Shown piece after piece: positions 26,396 to 33,958 of a DNA stretch of 40,000 bases. The notes beneath the pieces are model-generated. The model was not told the origin of the DNA, did not search any database, and saw nothing but the letters and a program-made list of their open reading frames with translations. Positions within the stretch are counted from its first letter, which is position 1. Each line of letters begins with the position of its first letter. The DNA is taken from assembly GCF_012113595.1 (NCBI RefSeq), contig NZ_CP050831.1, positions 4,173,504 to 4,213,503 of the forward strand. Direction: 5' to 3'. The position numbers and the translations under genes were made by a program. The stretch comes from Bacteroides faecium. Lineage in GTDB: Bacteria; Bacteroidota; Bacteroidia; Bacteroidales; Bacteroidaceae.

Positions 26396-27199
26396 TTATC
26401 TGCGCAATGGAGTCCGTTCGTCAATAATACCACGACCTCTGTAAAGGCTGATGGCAATAGGAGTATCGGGAGTTAACTCGATATCCTTATCCACGATAAT
26501 AGGCTCTTCCTTATCATCTACGATAACCGTTCCTATCGTCTCGCCGGCCTTAATCCGTTGTGGGAGCAGGTTAGTCAGGATACCTTCCGATATTTTCCGG
26601 ATGTTAATGTATTCAGGTTTTGCATCCTTGTCTGCTTCGATTTTACCATTGAACAGGTCTTGTACACCTTTATTCTTCAGGAAAAGCTTAACGATTGCAT
26701 TACCTTCATACGGTTGTCTCTTCTCATCAAGCAGGATAACGGGCACCGTCATTCGCTTGAATTTAAGAGCAACGTTCCAGGAACCTTTGGCAGCTTGTGT
26801 CATTCCGAACAAAAACTCTTTACCACCTGTAATACCACGATAACGGCTACCGAACGAACGTGTAGCAACATCATCGGACAATTCGGGATAATGAGCATAA
26901 AAAGTAACAGCTTCCGCATCCGTATCTATCACATCCCAGGCTGGGTTCTCCATACCTATGGTAAACGGTAGATAATCCTGCTCGGAAGCAGACATCGAGA
27001 TGATATCTCCATCCGAGAAACTACTTTTTGCAGGAAGAGAAAGAGTGCTGCTACTACGTGTAAGAGCATCAGTGATACTTTCATTGTCGATAGAAGCAGA
27101 AAAGCTGAAAGCTTTCTTGCTGGGTTCTTGTTGTTCATCTTGTTGCTGACAACTAAACAGGCATGATGCCGCTAAAAAAAAGAGAAGGTTTTTCTTCAT
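26396..27199 (-). CDS. Fimbrillin-family-like lipoprotein (hypothetical)
   Basis: 267-aa ORF with lipobox AASCLFSC-QQQD. The N-terminal pattern FSFSASIDN...TRSS...F.DGD.I and the LFG motif resemble Bacteroidales FimA/Mfa-type fimbrillin-like proteins. The family call is tentative. Confidence 0.55.
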   Translation of the reverse strand: MKKNLLFFLAASCLFSCQQQDEQQEPSKKAFSFSASIDNESITDALTRSSSTLSLPAKSSFSDGDIISMSASEQDYLPFTIGMENPAWDVIDTDAEAVTFYAHYPELSDDVATRSFGSRYRGITGGKEFLFGMTQAAKGSWNVALKFKRMTVPVILLDEKRQPYEGNAIVKLFLKNKGVQDLFNGKIEADKDAKPEYINIRKISEGILTNLLPQRIKAGETIGTVIVDDKEEPIIVDKDIELTPDTPIAISLYRGRGIIDERTPLRR

Positions 27200-27242
27200 G
27201 TGAGGGGTAAATTAATAGGTTAATAATAGTGAGAGGTTTACT

Positions 27243-27713
27243 TTAATATTCTATCTTGTCTTCTTTGGCCGCCCAGGCTTTGAAGGCAGTAAGGGCTTCA
27301 TTGTGTAGTAAGATTTCAGAGGGGAGTTTTCTGTTTTCAGGTTTAAGTTCCAGTTCGTCATAAATAAAAGAGTCATCAAAACCGATATCTTTGGCATCCG
27401 TCTTATTATTGCCATAATACATCTTGTCCAGTCGTGCCCAATAGATAGCACCCAGACACATCGGACAAGGCTCGCAGGAAGTATATATTTCATATCCGCT
27501 AAGATTGAAAGTTCCGAGCTTCGCAGCCGCGGCACGTATGGCACTCACTTCAGCGTGAGCAGTAGGGTCGCAAGATGAAGTAACGCGGTTCACACCCGTT
27601 GCAACTATTTCCCCCTCTTTCGTAGCAATCACAGCGCCGAAAGGGCCACCACCATTTTCAATGTTCTCCTTAGAAAGCTCGATTGCTTTCCGCATTAATT
27701 CTTCTTTTGTCAT
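27243..27713 (-). CDS. CMP/dCMP-type zinc deaminase (guanine deaminase / nucleoside deaminase-like)
   Basis: 156-aa ORF. The zinc ligands are HAEVSAI and CEPCPMCLGAIYWARL. Its size and layout resemble small GuaD-type deaminases. Confidence 0.85.
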   Translation of the reverse strand: MTKEELMRKAIELSKENIENGGGPFGAVIATKEGEIVATGVNRVTSSCDPTAHAEVSAIRAAAAKLGTFNLSGYEIYTSCEPCPMCLGAIYWARLDKMYYGNNKTDAKDIGFDDSFIYDELELKPENRKLPSEILLHNEALTAFKAWAAKEDKIEY

Positions 27714-27718
27714 AGCAC

Positions 27719-27749
27719 AAAAAATATATTGTTAGTTTTATTCTAATCT
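27719..27749 (-). terminator. 3' arm plus U-run of a terminator hairpin split by the group II intron
   Basis: The minus strand reads AGA-t-TAGAA-t-AAAACTAACAATATA-TTTTTT. It is complementary to 29997..30019, and the U-run ends 5 nt before the deaminase ATG. Confidence 0.6.
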
Positions 27750-27790
27750 GTTATGTAGGTCAGCGAGGTTTCCCCCGCTTTCCCCATTAA

Positions 27791-27824
27791 GAACTGTACG
27801 TGCGAGTTTCCCCGCATACAGCTC
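27791..27824 (-). ncRNA. Group II intron domain V
   Basis: The minus strand reads GAGCUGUAUGCGGGGAAACUCGCACGUACAGUUC. It has a 9-bp lower stem containing the AGC triad, a 2-nt AC bulge, a 5-bp upper stem and a GAAA tetraloop. Confidence 0.9.
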
Positions 27825-27867
27825 CGATAATTCTAAATTTAATTCTCACAAAATTAAATCGGTTCAG

Positions 27868-29394
27868 TCACATTATTAATGCGCTTTCCGATAAAGTATC
27901 CACTTTCGCGGAACGAACCCGCCAACCTTTCTTTTGTCGTCTTTCAAAGTAGGCATCCCAAGTTGTGTCAAATGGATTGGCTTCTTTCTTTATCTTAATG
28001 TACCGTTCAATCGATATGTCTGCCAACTTCAATAATACAAAGGTATACTTTTTATCGCAATCCTCATAATTAAAGCCAAACATCCAGTCTCTTGAACCTA
28101 TCTTAATAAAGTATTTGTCCTTTATCCATTTCCTCGACTTGTTTGTATGCCTTCTATATGACCATCTCTTTAACTGTAAGGTCAAGATGTGGTCTGTCTT
28201 GCTGAACACTCGCTTTGATACTACATGTTTGTAATAGTTTCCCCAGCCTCTTAATACGGGGTTGAGTTCTTCTATCAAAACCTGCTGTGATACCGATTTA
28301 TGACTAAATATAATATCATGCAGCTTCTCTGTGAACCGTTTCTGACTCTTCTTCGATGGCTTGATTAATAATGTTCCGTTGTATTTCCGGATATTAAAGC
28401 CTAAAAAGTCAAAACCGTCTTTCACATGCGTAATCTTCGTCTTCTCCTGCGAGAGTGTCAATCCCCTTTCTGCCAGAAAGTCGTTCAGCAATGCCTTAAT
28501 CTCTTCCAGTGTCTTCCGTTTATCTGCCGTGACACAAAAATCATCGGCATACCTTACAAGATGCACTTTCGGATAGTATAACTTTCCATTCATATACTTT
28601 TTGGCATATCTTTCTTCCAGCAGCTTTTCCATTCCGTCCAGCGTGGTGTTCGCCAAGGTCGGGGAGATGATGCCTCCTTGCGGAGTGCCCTCCACGGTGG
28701 GGATAAGCAATTTATTGAATACCACACCACATTTGAGCCACTTCCTGAGTACGGTCTTGTCAGTTCGTACGTTACCGAGAAGCCATTCATGACTGATGTG
28801 GTCGAAGCATCCCTTGATGTCTCCTTCCAGTATCCACTGTGGGGAACAATCTCTGCTTAACCATCTATGCAGGGCATCTATCGCATCGGCGGTGCCACGG
28901 TACTTACGGAAACCGTAAGAATTGTCGTCTGCCGTTGTTTCTGTTATGGGTTCTAACGCCATCAGATAAAGCGCCTGCATGGCTCTGTCCCTCATGGTCG
29001 GTATTCCCAGCGGACGTTTCTTCCCGTTACTTTTGGCGATATACACTCTTTTCAGCGGACTGGGACGATACCCACGTCTTTTCAAAGAACGAATTGCGTT
29101 CAGCTTATCTGTAGGAGTAGCCCATTTTACTTTATCCACTCCCGATGTTCGTTTTCCTTTATTGGATGTCACTCGTTTTACAGCCAATGCCTTGGCTCCA
29201 AAAGAGATAACCAAGAGATGTTGCAGGGCTTGCACCTTGTTATATCTCTTTTCTTTCTGAGCCTTTGCTATGCGGACTTGCAGCTTTCGTACCTTGCGTT
29301 CGCATCTGTTCCAGTCAATACTGTTCCATCCGCTTGCGTTTCTGGTTGAAGACGCACACTTCGTTTTCACTCCGCCCATTTGCTGTTTCTTCAT
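27868..29394 (-). CDS. Group II intron reverse transcriptase/maturase (no endonuclease domain seen)
   Basis: RT motifs: KRPLGIPTMRDRAMQALYLMALEP, GTPQGGIISPTLAN and YADDFCV. Maturase/X domain: LNPVLRGWGNYYKH. The start is placed at MKKQQMGG (ATG 29394), because the track start at 29529 lies in intron RNA domains. The C-terminus has no CxxC or HNH motifs. Confidence 0.9.
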   Translation of the reverse strand: MKKQQMGGVKTKCASSTRNASGWNSIDWNRCERKVRKLQVRIAKAQKEKRYNKVQALQHLLVISFGAKALAVKRVTSNKGKRTSGVDKVKWATPTDKLNAIRSLKRRGYRPSPLKRVYIAKSNGKKRPLGIPTMRDRAMQALYLMALEPITETTADDNSYGFRKYRGTADAIDALHRWLSRDCSPQWILEGDIKGCFDHISHEWLLGNVRTDKTVLRKWLKCGVVFNKLLIPTVEGTPQGGIISPTLANTTLDGMEKLLEERYAKKYMNGKLYYPKVHLVRYADDFCVTADKRKTLEEIKALLNDFLAERGLTLSQEKTKITHVKDGFDFLGFNIRKYNGTLLIKPSKKSQKRFTEKLHDIIFSHKSVSQQVLIEELNPVLRGWGNYYKHVVSKRVFSKTDHILTLQLKRWSYRRHTNKSRKWIKDKYFIKIGSRDWMFGFNYEDCDKKYTFVLLKLADISIERYIKIKKEANPFDTTWDAYFERRQKKGWRVRSAKVDTLSESALIM

Positions 29395-29993
29395 TACAAA
29401 AGTTCCACATTCCTTTAGCAAAGAATTATCTTGCGGAAGTCTGCCCGTTTTCACGTGAGGTGATGTTTGAACCTCTATCCTCCTCATTACAAGGGGGCAT
29501 TCGCTTTCTCCGCAATCCTTTACCCGCATATCATTCGGCGTTCCTTACGGGCGGCTTACCCGCTCTTAAAAAGAACAGGAGATATACGGGCTTACCAAGT
29601 TTCGTACAAGTAACTCATGACCGACTTAGAACCCGTCTATCCACCGGCAGAACTGCATCCGTGTAGCCCTAAAAAAGAGAGGACTATCCTGTCTGCTTAC
29701 CTTTTGGTCAAGGCTTATTAATATCCGTAAGCCTTTTCTTTGTGACGATGGTGTAACGATTCACATCTGTTGTTCATATCGGTCAGCCTGGCCATCTCAA
29801 TTACAGGATATTTGTATTTGTTGAATGTACCTTACGGTTCATTCTTCCTCATCGAAGATGTCGTTGTCTGAAGGGCTTCGCACCAAGCCGTTACCAGCTA
29901 AGCACGCCTTCGTAGGCTACTATTGACGGAACAATAGGTTCGATTGTAATCTCGAACAATTACTTAGACGACCTCTTGTCGCACCTTCTTTTA

Positions 29994-30001
29994 CAAAGAT
30001 A
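29994..30001 (-). promoter_or_regulatory. -7 promoter box TATCTTTG, 9 nt upstream of the intron 5' end (inferred deaminase promoter)
   Basis: The minus strand reads TATCTTTG. In the reconstructed intron-less site it lies 48 nt upstream of ATG 27713, within the 31-48 nt range seen for the other boxes in this window. Confidence 0.45.
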
Positions 30002-30019
30002 GAAAAAACTAACAATATA
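29997..30019 (-). terminator. 5' arm of the terminator hairpin split by the group II intron
   Basis: The minus strand reads TATATTGTTAGTTTT-TTCTA-TCT, beginning 25 nt after the stop of the 30044..30946 gene. It is complementary to 27725..27749. Confidence 0.6.
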
Positions 30020-30043
30020 CAATGGAGTGTTTCTATTAATTTT

Positions 30044-30946
30044 TTACCAGTACCAGCAAACGCCGAAAGAGAACGGGTAAAGTTCGGGACCTTTATTCTT
30101 CTCAAAGAGTCCATAGGTAGAGTAGCGCATGTAGACCCCTAAATCAGCGTAGCCAGCCTGTGCCAACACATTTATTCCCAACGGGCGTACATTCAGTCCC
30201 TTATCAAAAGTCTTTTTTACGCCATTTATTTTTCCTTTCGATTTCACCCCATGACGGATTTCAGCTTCGGGGCCGACTGCGAAGAATAAAGGACCTCTGC
30301 CGTTAATCCTCGTTTGCCATTCGATAGAAAGCGGAATACGGAAATAGAAATAGCGCAAACGGCTTTTGCTATATTCTGTCGGCTCTTCAGCCATTTTACC
30401 GGGATAGATTTGAGTGATGCCATCTATCTCGCGGAAAGCATAATTACCGTCCAGACGCATGCTGCGGTAGCCCCATCCCAGTCCGATAGTGACACCCCAA
30501 TTATAGGTGGGAGCAAAGGCATGGTAACCCGTGAACAGGTTGCCGCCTATTTCCCAGGAATGTCCTGTATTCAGGCTGGCACGGTTGGAAGGATTGAAAG
30601 AGAAAAAGTCGTTCGACAGTTGCGTGTATCCGATATAGAGCCCGCCGGCATGAGGTTCGAATCGGTCTGTCTTTCTGTTACGTTTGGAGAAAGGAAGTGC
30701 ATCCAGAACAGTACGGCTTTCCATACTCTGACCGTTCAGGTAGACACCTTCGAAGATTTTGGTGTTGGCTATGGTATTTCCGTTCAATGTGCTTTCGTAG
30801 AGCTTTACCTTAATCTTGTCGCCATGTTCCTTGATAACGATTTTCCTTCCGTTGAGGTAGAGGGTCGTGTCTTGGGCGAGATTCTCATTTTGTGCCATAA
30901 TGCCCATTGGAGCGATTATGAATAGTAGTAATAATAACTGTTTCAT
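30044..30946 (-). CDS. Outer-membrane beta-barrel protein (hypothetical), last gene of the ECF sigma operon
   Basis: 300-aa ORF with signal peptide MKQLLLLLFIIAPMGIMAQ. It is rich in alternating aromatic/Gly strands (GLGWGYRSMRLDGNYAF, LAQAGYADLGVYMRYS) and has an aromatic C-terminus, FGVCWYW. Confidence 0.7.
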   Translation of the reverse strand: MKQLLLLLFIIAPMGIMAQNENLAQDTTLYLNGRKIVIKEHGDKIKVKLYESTLNGNTIANTKIFEGVYLNGQSMESRTVLDALPFSKRNRKTDRFEPHAGGLYIGYTQLSNDFFSFNPSNRASLNTGHSWEIGGNLFTGYHAFAPTYNWGVTIGLGWGYRSMRLDGNYAFREIDGITQIYPGKMAEEPTEYSKSRLRYFYFRIPLSIEWQTRINGRGPLFFAVGPEAEIRHGVKSKGKINGVKKTFDKGLNVRPLGINVLAQAGYADLGVYMRYSTYGLFEKNKGPELYPFSFGVCWYW

Positions 30947-30967
30947 AGATATTCTTTTAATGTGTTC

Positions 30968-31417
30968 TTATTCTTTCTTCATAAATAACATAGTAACCAA
31001 ATCGTCGGCATCCAGTTCCCCTTCAATATAAATAAGAGTGGCAGAACCTTTCTTCCCCGTTTTAAAGAGAATGAAGCGGTTAACATCTTCCTTGAGTTGC
31101 GGCAGTTGGTAATAGCCTGACTGGATTTGTCCGCCGGAAACAACTTCTTTTACCTTCTTAGCTTTCTTTTTATCAGCTTCCAGGCAGCGGAGAATGGTAG
31201 GGAGTGCGTCTCCTGCATCCTTGAAGACAAGGCTCTTATAGAGATTCATTTGATAGGCGTCCAACACTTCTTTGGACAATTCTACCATAGTCACTCCTTT
31301 TTGCTTCCCGTATTTCTGAAAGACGGTGGCAATTTGCAGTCCTTGCTGGGCTGCCGCATGAGTGGCAAAAGCAAGCAACAGGATGAGCAGGGCGGTACGA
31401 ATGAATTTATTCATCAT
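30968..31417 (-). CDS. Small secreted protein, DUF4252-like
   Basis: 149-aa ORF with signal peptide ...ATHAAAQ. Its size, its position after a sigma/anti-sigma pair and motifs such as KGVTMVELSKEVL recall DUF4252. The family is from memory. Confidence 0.6.
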   Translation of the reverse strand: MMNKFIRTALLILLLAFATHAAAQQGLQIATVFQKYGKQKGVTMVELSKEVLDAYQMNLYKSLVFKDAGDALPTILRCLEADKKKAKKVKEVVSGGQIQSGYYQLPQLKEDVNRFILFKTGKKGSATLIYIEGELDADDLVTMLFMKKE

Positions 31418-31437
31418 ATTCTTATGCTGTTTTTATA

Positions 31438-31872
31438 TTATTCCTCAAATAAGGTGACGAACACTTCCTCTTCACTGAAACTGACGTCACGGAAAGCGGC
31501 TTTCGCCTGTTCACGGATTAAGGCGGCATCTGTATATTGCTTGCCGTCGATGATGACATAACTGGACGATGCGGGGGACAAGTGGCGATAAACACCCGAT
31601 ACGCCTAATACTAATAATAAGGTGGCCGCCACAGTGCCCAAGCTGTAAGTCAGATAATACCTGAACGTCTTATTCTTTTTCTCAGACCGGGCGGTTGCGG
31701 ATGCCTGTACATATTGGGTATGTTCCGCTTCAAAGAAGGCAAACATCGGACGATACATCTGAAGATGTTCCGGCACGAGCCCTTCGGTAAAGAAACGGCG
31801 CAATTCGCGTTCTTCTTCACAGGTGGTTTCGCCTTCAAAATATTTATTCAATAATTCTTCTATATCTTTCAT
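31438..31872 (-). CDS. Putative anti-sigma factor (single-pass membrane protein)
   Basis: The start is placed at MKDIEELLNKYFEGETTCEEERELRRFF (ATG 31872..31870), which overlaps the sigma stop in an ATGA. A central TM segment is present (YLTYSLGTVAATLLLVLGVSGVY). The track start at 31974 lies inside the sigma gene. Confidence 0.6.
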   Translation of the reverse strand: MKDIEELLNKYFEGETTCEEERELRRFFTEGLVPEHLQMYRPMFAFFEAEHTQYVQASATARSEKKNKTFRYYLTYSLGTVAATLLLVLGVSGVYRHLSPASSSYVIIDGKQYTDAALIREQAKAAFRDVSFSEEEVFVTLFEE

Positions 31873-32390
31873 GCTTCGTTCCTCTTTTTTCGTTCTTGTA
31901 TGGTGAGCAAATAGATTTCTCTCACTTTCTTGCGGGCTCTCGATAGATTGCTTCGGATTGCTTCGGCATTGCATCCGGTAATCTCTGCAATCTCTTCCGT
32001 TTCATATTCCTCTATATCCTTCATGCGAATAATTGTTCGCTGCAATGTGGGTAAAGAGTCGATTATTTCCTGCATTAACTTGAATTCGTCCCTTTCTTCC
32101 AATAACCGTTCCGGAGTACCCGCGGATGCCGCTGCCTGTACCTGCTCGATCGGTACTGTGTCCGGACGCCTGGCCCGCCACATATCCATGCAAAGATGAT
32201 GCGTCATCGTCATGGCTACGGCTTCGATACTCCGGTATTCATCGAGCTTTTGGCGCAGGTTCCATAACTTCAGCATGACCTCTTGCACGGCATCTTCGGC
32301 ATCCGAAGAATCCTCAGTCAATCTTCGGGCATAATTCAACAGTTTGTCGCGAAGAGGTAGAACGGTTATTTTAAATTGCTTGAGTTCCAT
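31869..32390 (-). CDS. ECF-type RNA polymerase sigma-70 family factor
   Basis: 173-aa ORF. Region 2: DAEDAVQEVMLKLW. Region 4 helix-turn-helix: EEIAEITGCNAEAIRSNLSRARKKV. Confidence 0.9.
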   Translation of the reverse strand: MELKQFKITVLPLRDKLLNYARRLTEDSSDAEDAVQEVMLKLWNLRQKLDEYRSIEAVAMTMTHHLCMDMWRARRPDTVPIEQVQAAASAGTPERLLEERDEFKLMQEIIDSLPTLQRTIIRMKDIEEYETEEIAEITGCNAEAIRSNLSRARKKVREIYLLTIQERKKRNEA

Positions 32391-32456
32391 TTACACAGAT
32401 AAGACGGTAGGGAAAGCAAAACGTGACATCAAAAAGAATTTTTTTTGTAGTTGTGT

Positions 32457-32502
32457 AAAAAAAGTGCCGGCTAGTTGCTGTATCATGCAAAATGGCCGGC
32501 AC
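32457..32502 (-). terminator. Rho-independent terminator of the oxidoreductase gene
   Basis: The minus strand reads GTGCCGGC / 23-nt loop / GCCGGCAC followed by TTTTTTT, 38 nt after the stop at 32540. Confidence 0.75.
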
Positions 32503-32539
32503 TTTCTGTATGCTAAATAAAGATTTGCAGGGCGTTCTT

Positions 32540-33526
32540 TTAGAGTTTACCAAGAATCTTATCCATTACCCAATTGGTCAACGTGGCGCTTTCACCGTCG
32601 CAGGAGCAAACGGACTTACCTAATAGGTGGTCTACTACCGCCTGGATAAGCGGCTGTTGCACATGTTCAGGGTTGCCGATGCAGATTTCTTCGCGTCCCT
32701 TTTCGGTATGCAGTCCGATAGGCTCGTAAGTAAAGACAGAGAAACAAATCATTCCCTTGTCACCGATAATCTCTATACGGTCTTCGCGGGCGGAATCATG
32801 GGCGACGAAACACCATGAACCGCTACCCACCAATCCGTTGTCGAACTGGAAGCAGGCGCTCAATGTATCTTCGGCAGGATAGAGTCCGCCCCGATTGCTC
32901 TTGTATCCACTAGCTTCGAGGATACAACCGAACATATCCTGCAATAAATCAATCTGATGCGGGGCTAGGTCATAAAAGTAACCACCACCGGCAATATCCG
33001 CTTGTACGCGCCAGGGAAGATTTTCGCGATTATAATCCAAATCGCGCGGCGGTTGGGCAAAACGAATCTGTACATTGATAACATTACCGATAGTCCCGTT
33101 CTCTACCAGTTCCTTTACTTTCTGAAAATAAGGAAGATAACGACGGTAATATGCGACGAAACAGGGGACACCCGTTTCTTTGGATATGCGGTTGATGCGG
33201 GTACATTCTTCATAAGTGACGGCCATCGGCTTCTCAATATAGGCCGGCTTACCTGCTTTCATGGACATGATTGCATAAGTGGCATGTGAAGAAGGGGGAG
33301 TAGCGATATAAATAGCATTTACTTCCGGATCGTCTATCAACTCTTGTGCGTCATCATACCATTTCTTAATACCTCTCTCTTTGGCATAAGCCTTCGCTTT
33401 CGCACCGTCACGGCTCATTACTGCCACGACTTCCGAATGGTCTACTTTTTGGAAAGCAGGGCCACTTTTTGTTTTCGTAACTTCTCCGCAACCGATGAAG
33501 CCCCATTTAATAATCTTTTCACTCAT
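32540..33526 (-). CDS. Gfo/Idh/MocA family NAD(P)-dependent oxidoreductase
   Basis: Rossmann N-terminus KWGFIGCGEVTK, plus the family motifs YIATPPSSH and YIEKPMA. The start is placed at MSEKIIKWGFIGCG (ATG 33526), because the TATCTTTG box at 33571..33564 is only 5 nt from the track start at 33559. Confidence 0.85.
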   Translation of the reverse strand: MSEKIIKWGFIGCGEVTKTKSGPAFQKVDHSEVVAVMSRDGAKAKAYAKERGIKKWYDDAQELIDDPEVNAIYIATPPSSHATYAIMSMKAGKPAYIEKPMAVTYEECTRINRISKETGVPCFVAYYRRYLPYFQKVKELVENGTIGNVINVQIRFAQPPRDLDYNRENLPWRVQADIAGGGYFYDLAPHQIDLLQDMFGCILEASGYKSNRGGLYPAEDTLSACFQFDNGLVGSGSWCFVAHDSAREDRIEIIGDKGMICFSVFTYEPIGLHTEKGREEICIGNPEHVQQPLIQAVVDHLLGKSVCSCDGESATLTNWVMDKILGKL

Positions 33527-33563
33527 AATGTTATTACCTATTGTGCCTGTTTTAAACAAACCC

Positions 33564-33571
33564 CAAAGATA
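33564..33571 (-). promoter_or_regulatory. -7 promoter box TATCTTTG for the oxidoreductase gene
   Basis: The minus strand reads TATCTTTG, 38 nt upstream of ATG 33526. Confidence 0.5.
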
Positions 33572-33837
33572 AAGCTATTTTTTGTCAAGAGCAACTTTAT
33601 TGATTATTAACTTAGAAGAGAAGTTTGGGAAATGAACGTTGCATTTCACTGAAACAGATGTTCTGTTTTAGTAGAATAGACACTCCGTTTCGGGTGAACA
33701 GAGCCTCTGTTTGAGGGGAATACACACTCTATTGGTGATAAGAAGGAAGGTGAGTAGAGGTAAACCCAGGGGTGAGAAGCGGTAAGTCCGGGGGAAAGCA
33801 AGGCAGAAAGCCGGGGTGAGGGGAGATTTATTCCTTT

Positions 33838-33876
33838 TGGGAAAAAAGAAAGGCGGGAATGGCAATTCCCGCCTTT
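33838..33876 (-). terminator. Rho-independent terminator ending the SusC/SusD operon
   Basis: The minus strand reads AAAGGCGGGAAT / TGCC / ATTCCCGCCTTT followed by CTTTTTTCCC. The 12-bp stem is perfect, and the hairpin lies 83 nt after the stop at 33959. Confidence 0.8.
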
Positions 33877-33958
33877 ACGTGTAGTTTAATTGAAACTACT
33901 TTATCATTAACTCTGTAAAGATACGACATTCGGAAGCGAAAGTCAAGTCTTCGGGAGT

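Larger units (their letters stand above)
27753..29984 (-). mobile_element. Complete group II intron (about 2.2 kb) with an intron-encoded RT/maturase
   Basis: The 5' end is GTGCGACAAGAGG, reading down from 29984. About 590 nt of DI-DIII precede the ORF in DIV. A canonical domain V and a GAAA-capped domain VI with an unpaired A are present. The 3' end ...CCTACAT is at about 27753. Boundaries are good to within a few nt. Confidence 0.85.

Noticed and set aside
27868-29529. The reverse transcriptase considered as a retron, DGR or other defence-associated RT, and the track N-terminal extension to 29529.
   Set aside because: The GIPT..DR..Q, YADD and RGWGNYY (maturase) motifs, the flanking GUGCG 5' end and the canonical domain V identify a group II intron. 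No template/variable repeat pair or msr/msd-like repeats are seen. The extra 45 codons lie in intron RNA upstream of a typical MKKQQ start.
28361-29666. Several 60-133-aa plus-strand ORFs within the intron region.
   Set aside because: They are antisense to the RT/maturase ORF or to the structured intron RNA domains DI-DIII.
27719-30019. Classifying the intron as class IIC because it is associated with a terminator.
   Set aside because: IIC introns insert just 3' of the hairpin, whereas this one lies inside the loop. Domain V is also full length at 34 nt. The class cannot be assigned without a database comparison.
33668-33865. 65-aa minus-strand ORF in the intergenic region.
   Set aside because: Its translation is proline- and phenylalanine-rich, it spans a terminator hairpin and a purine-rich repeat block, and it has no start context.
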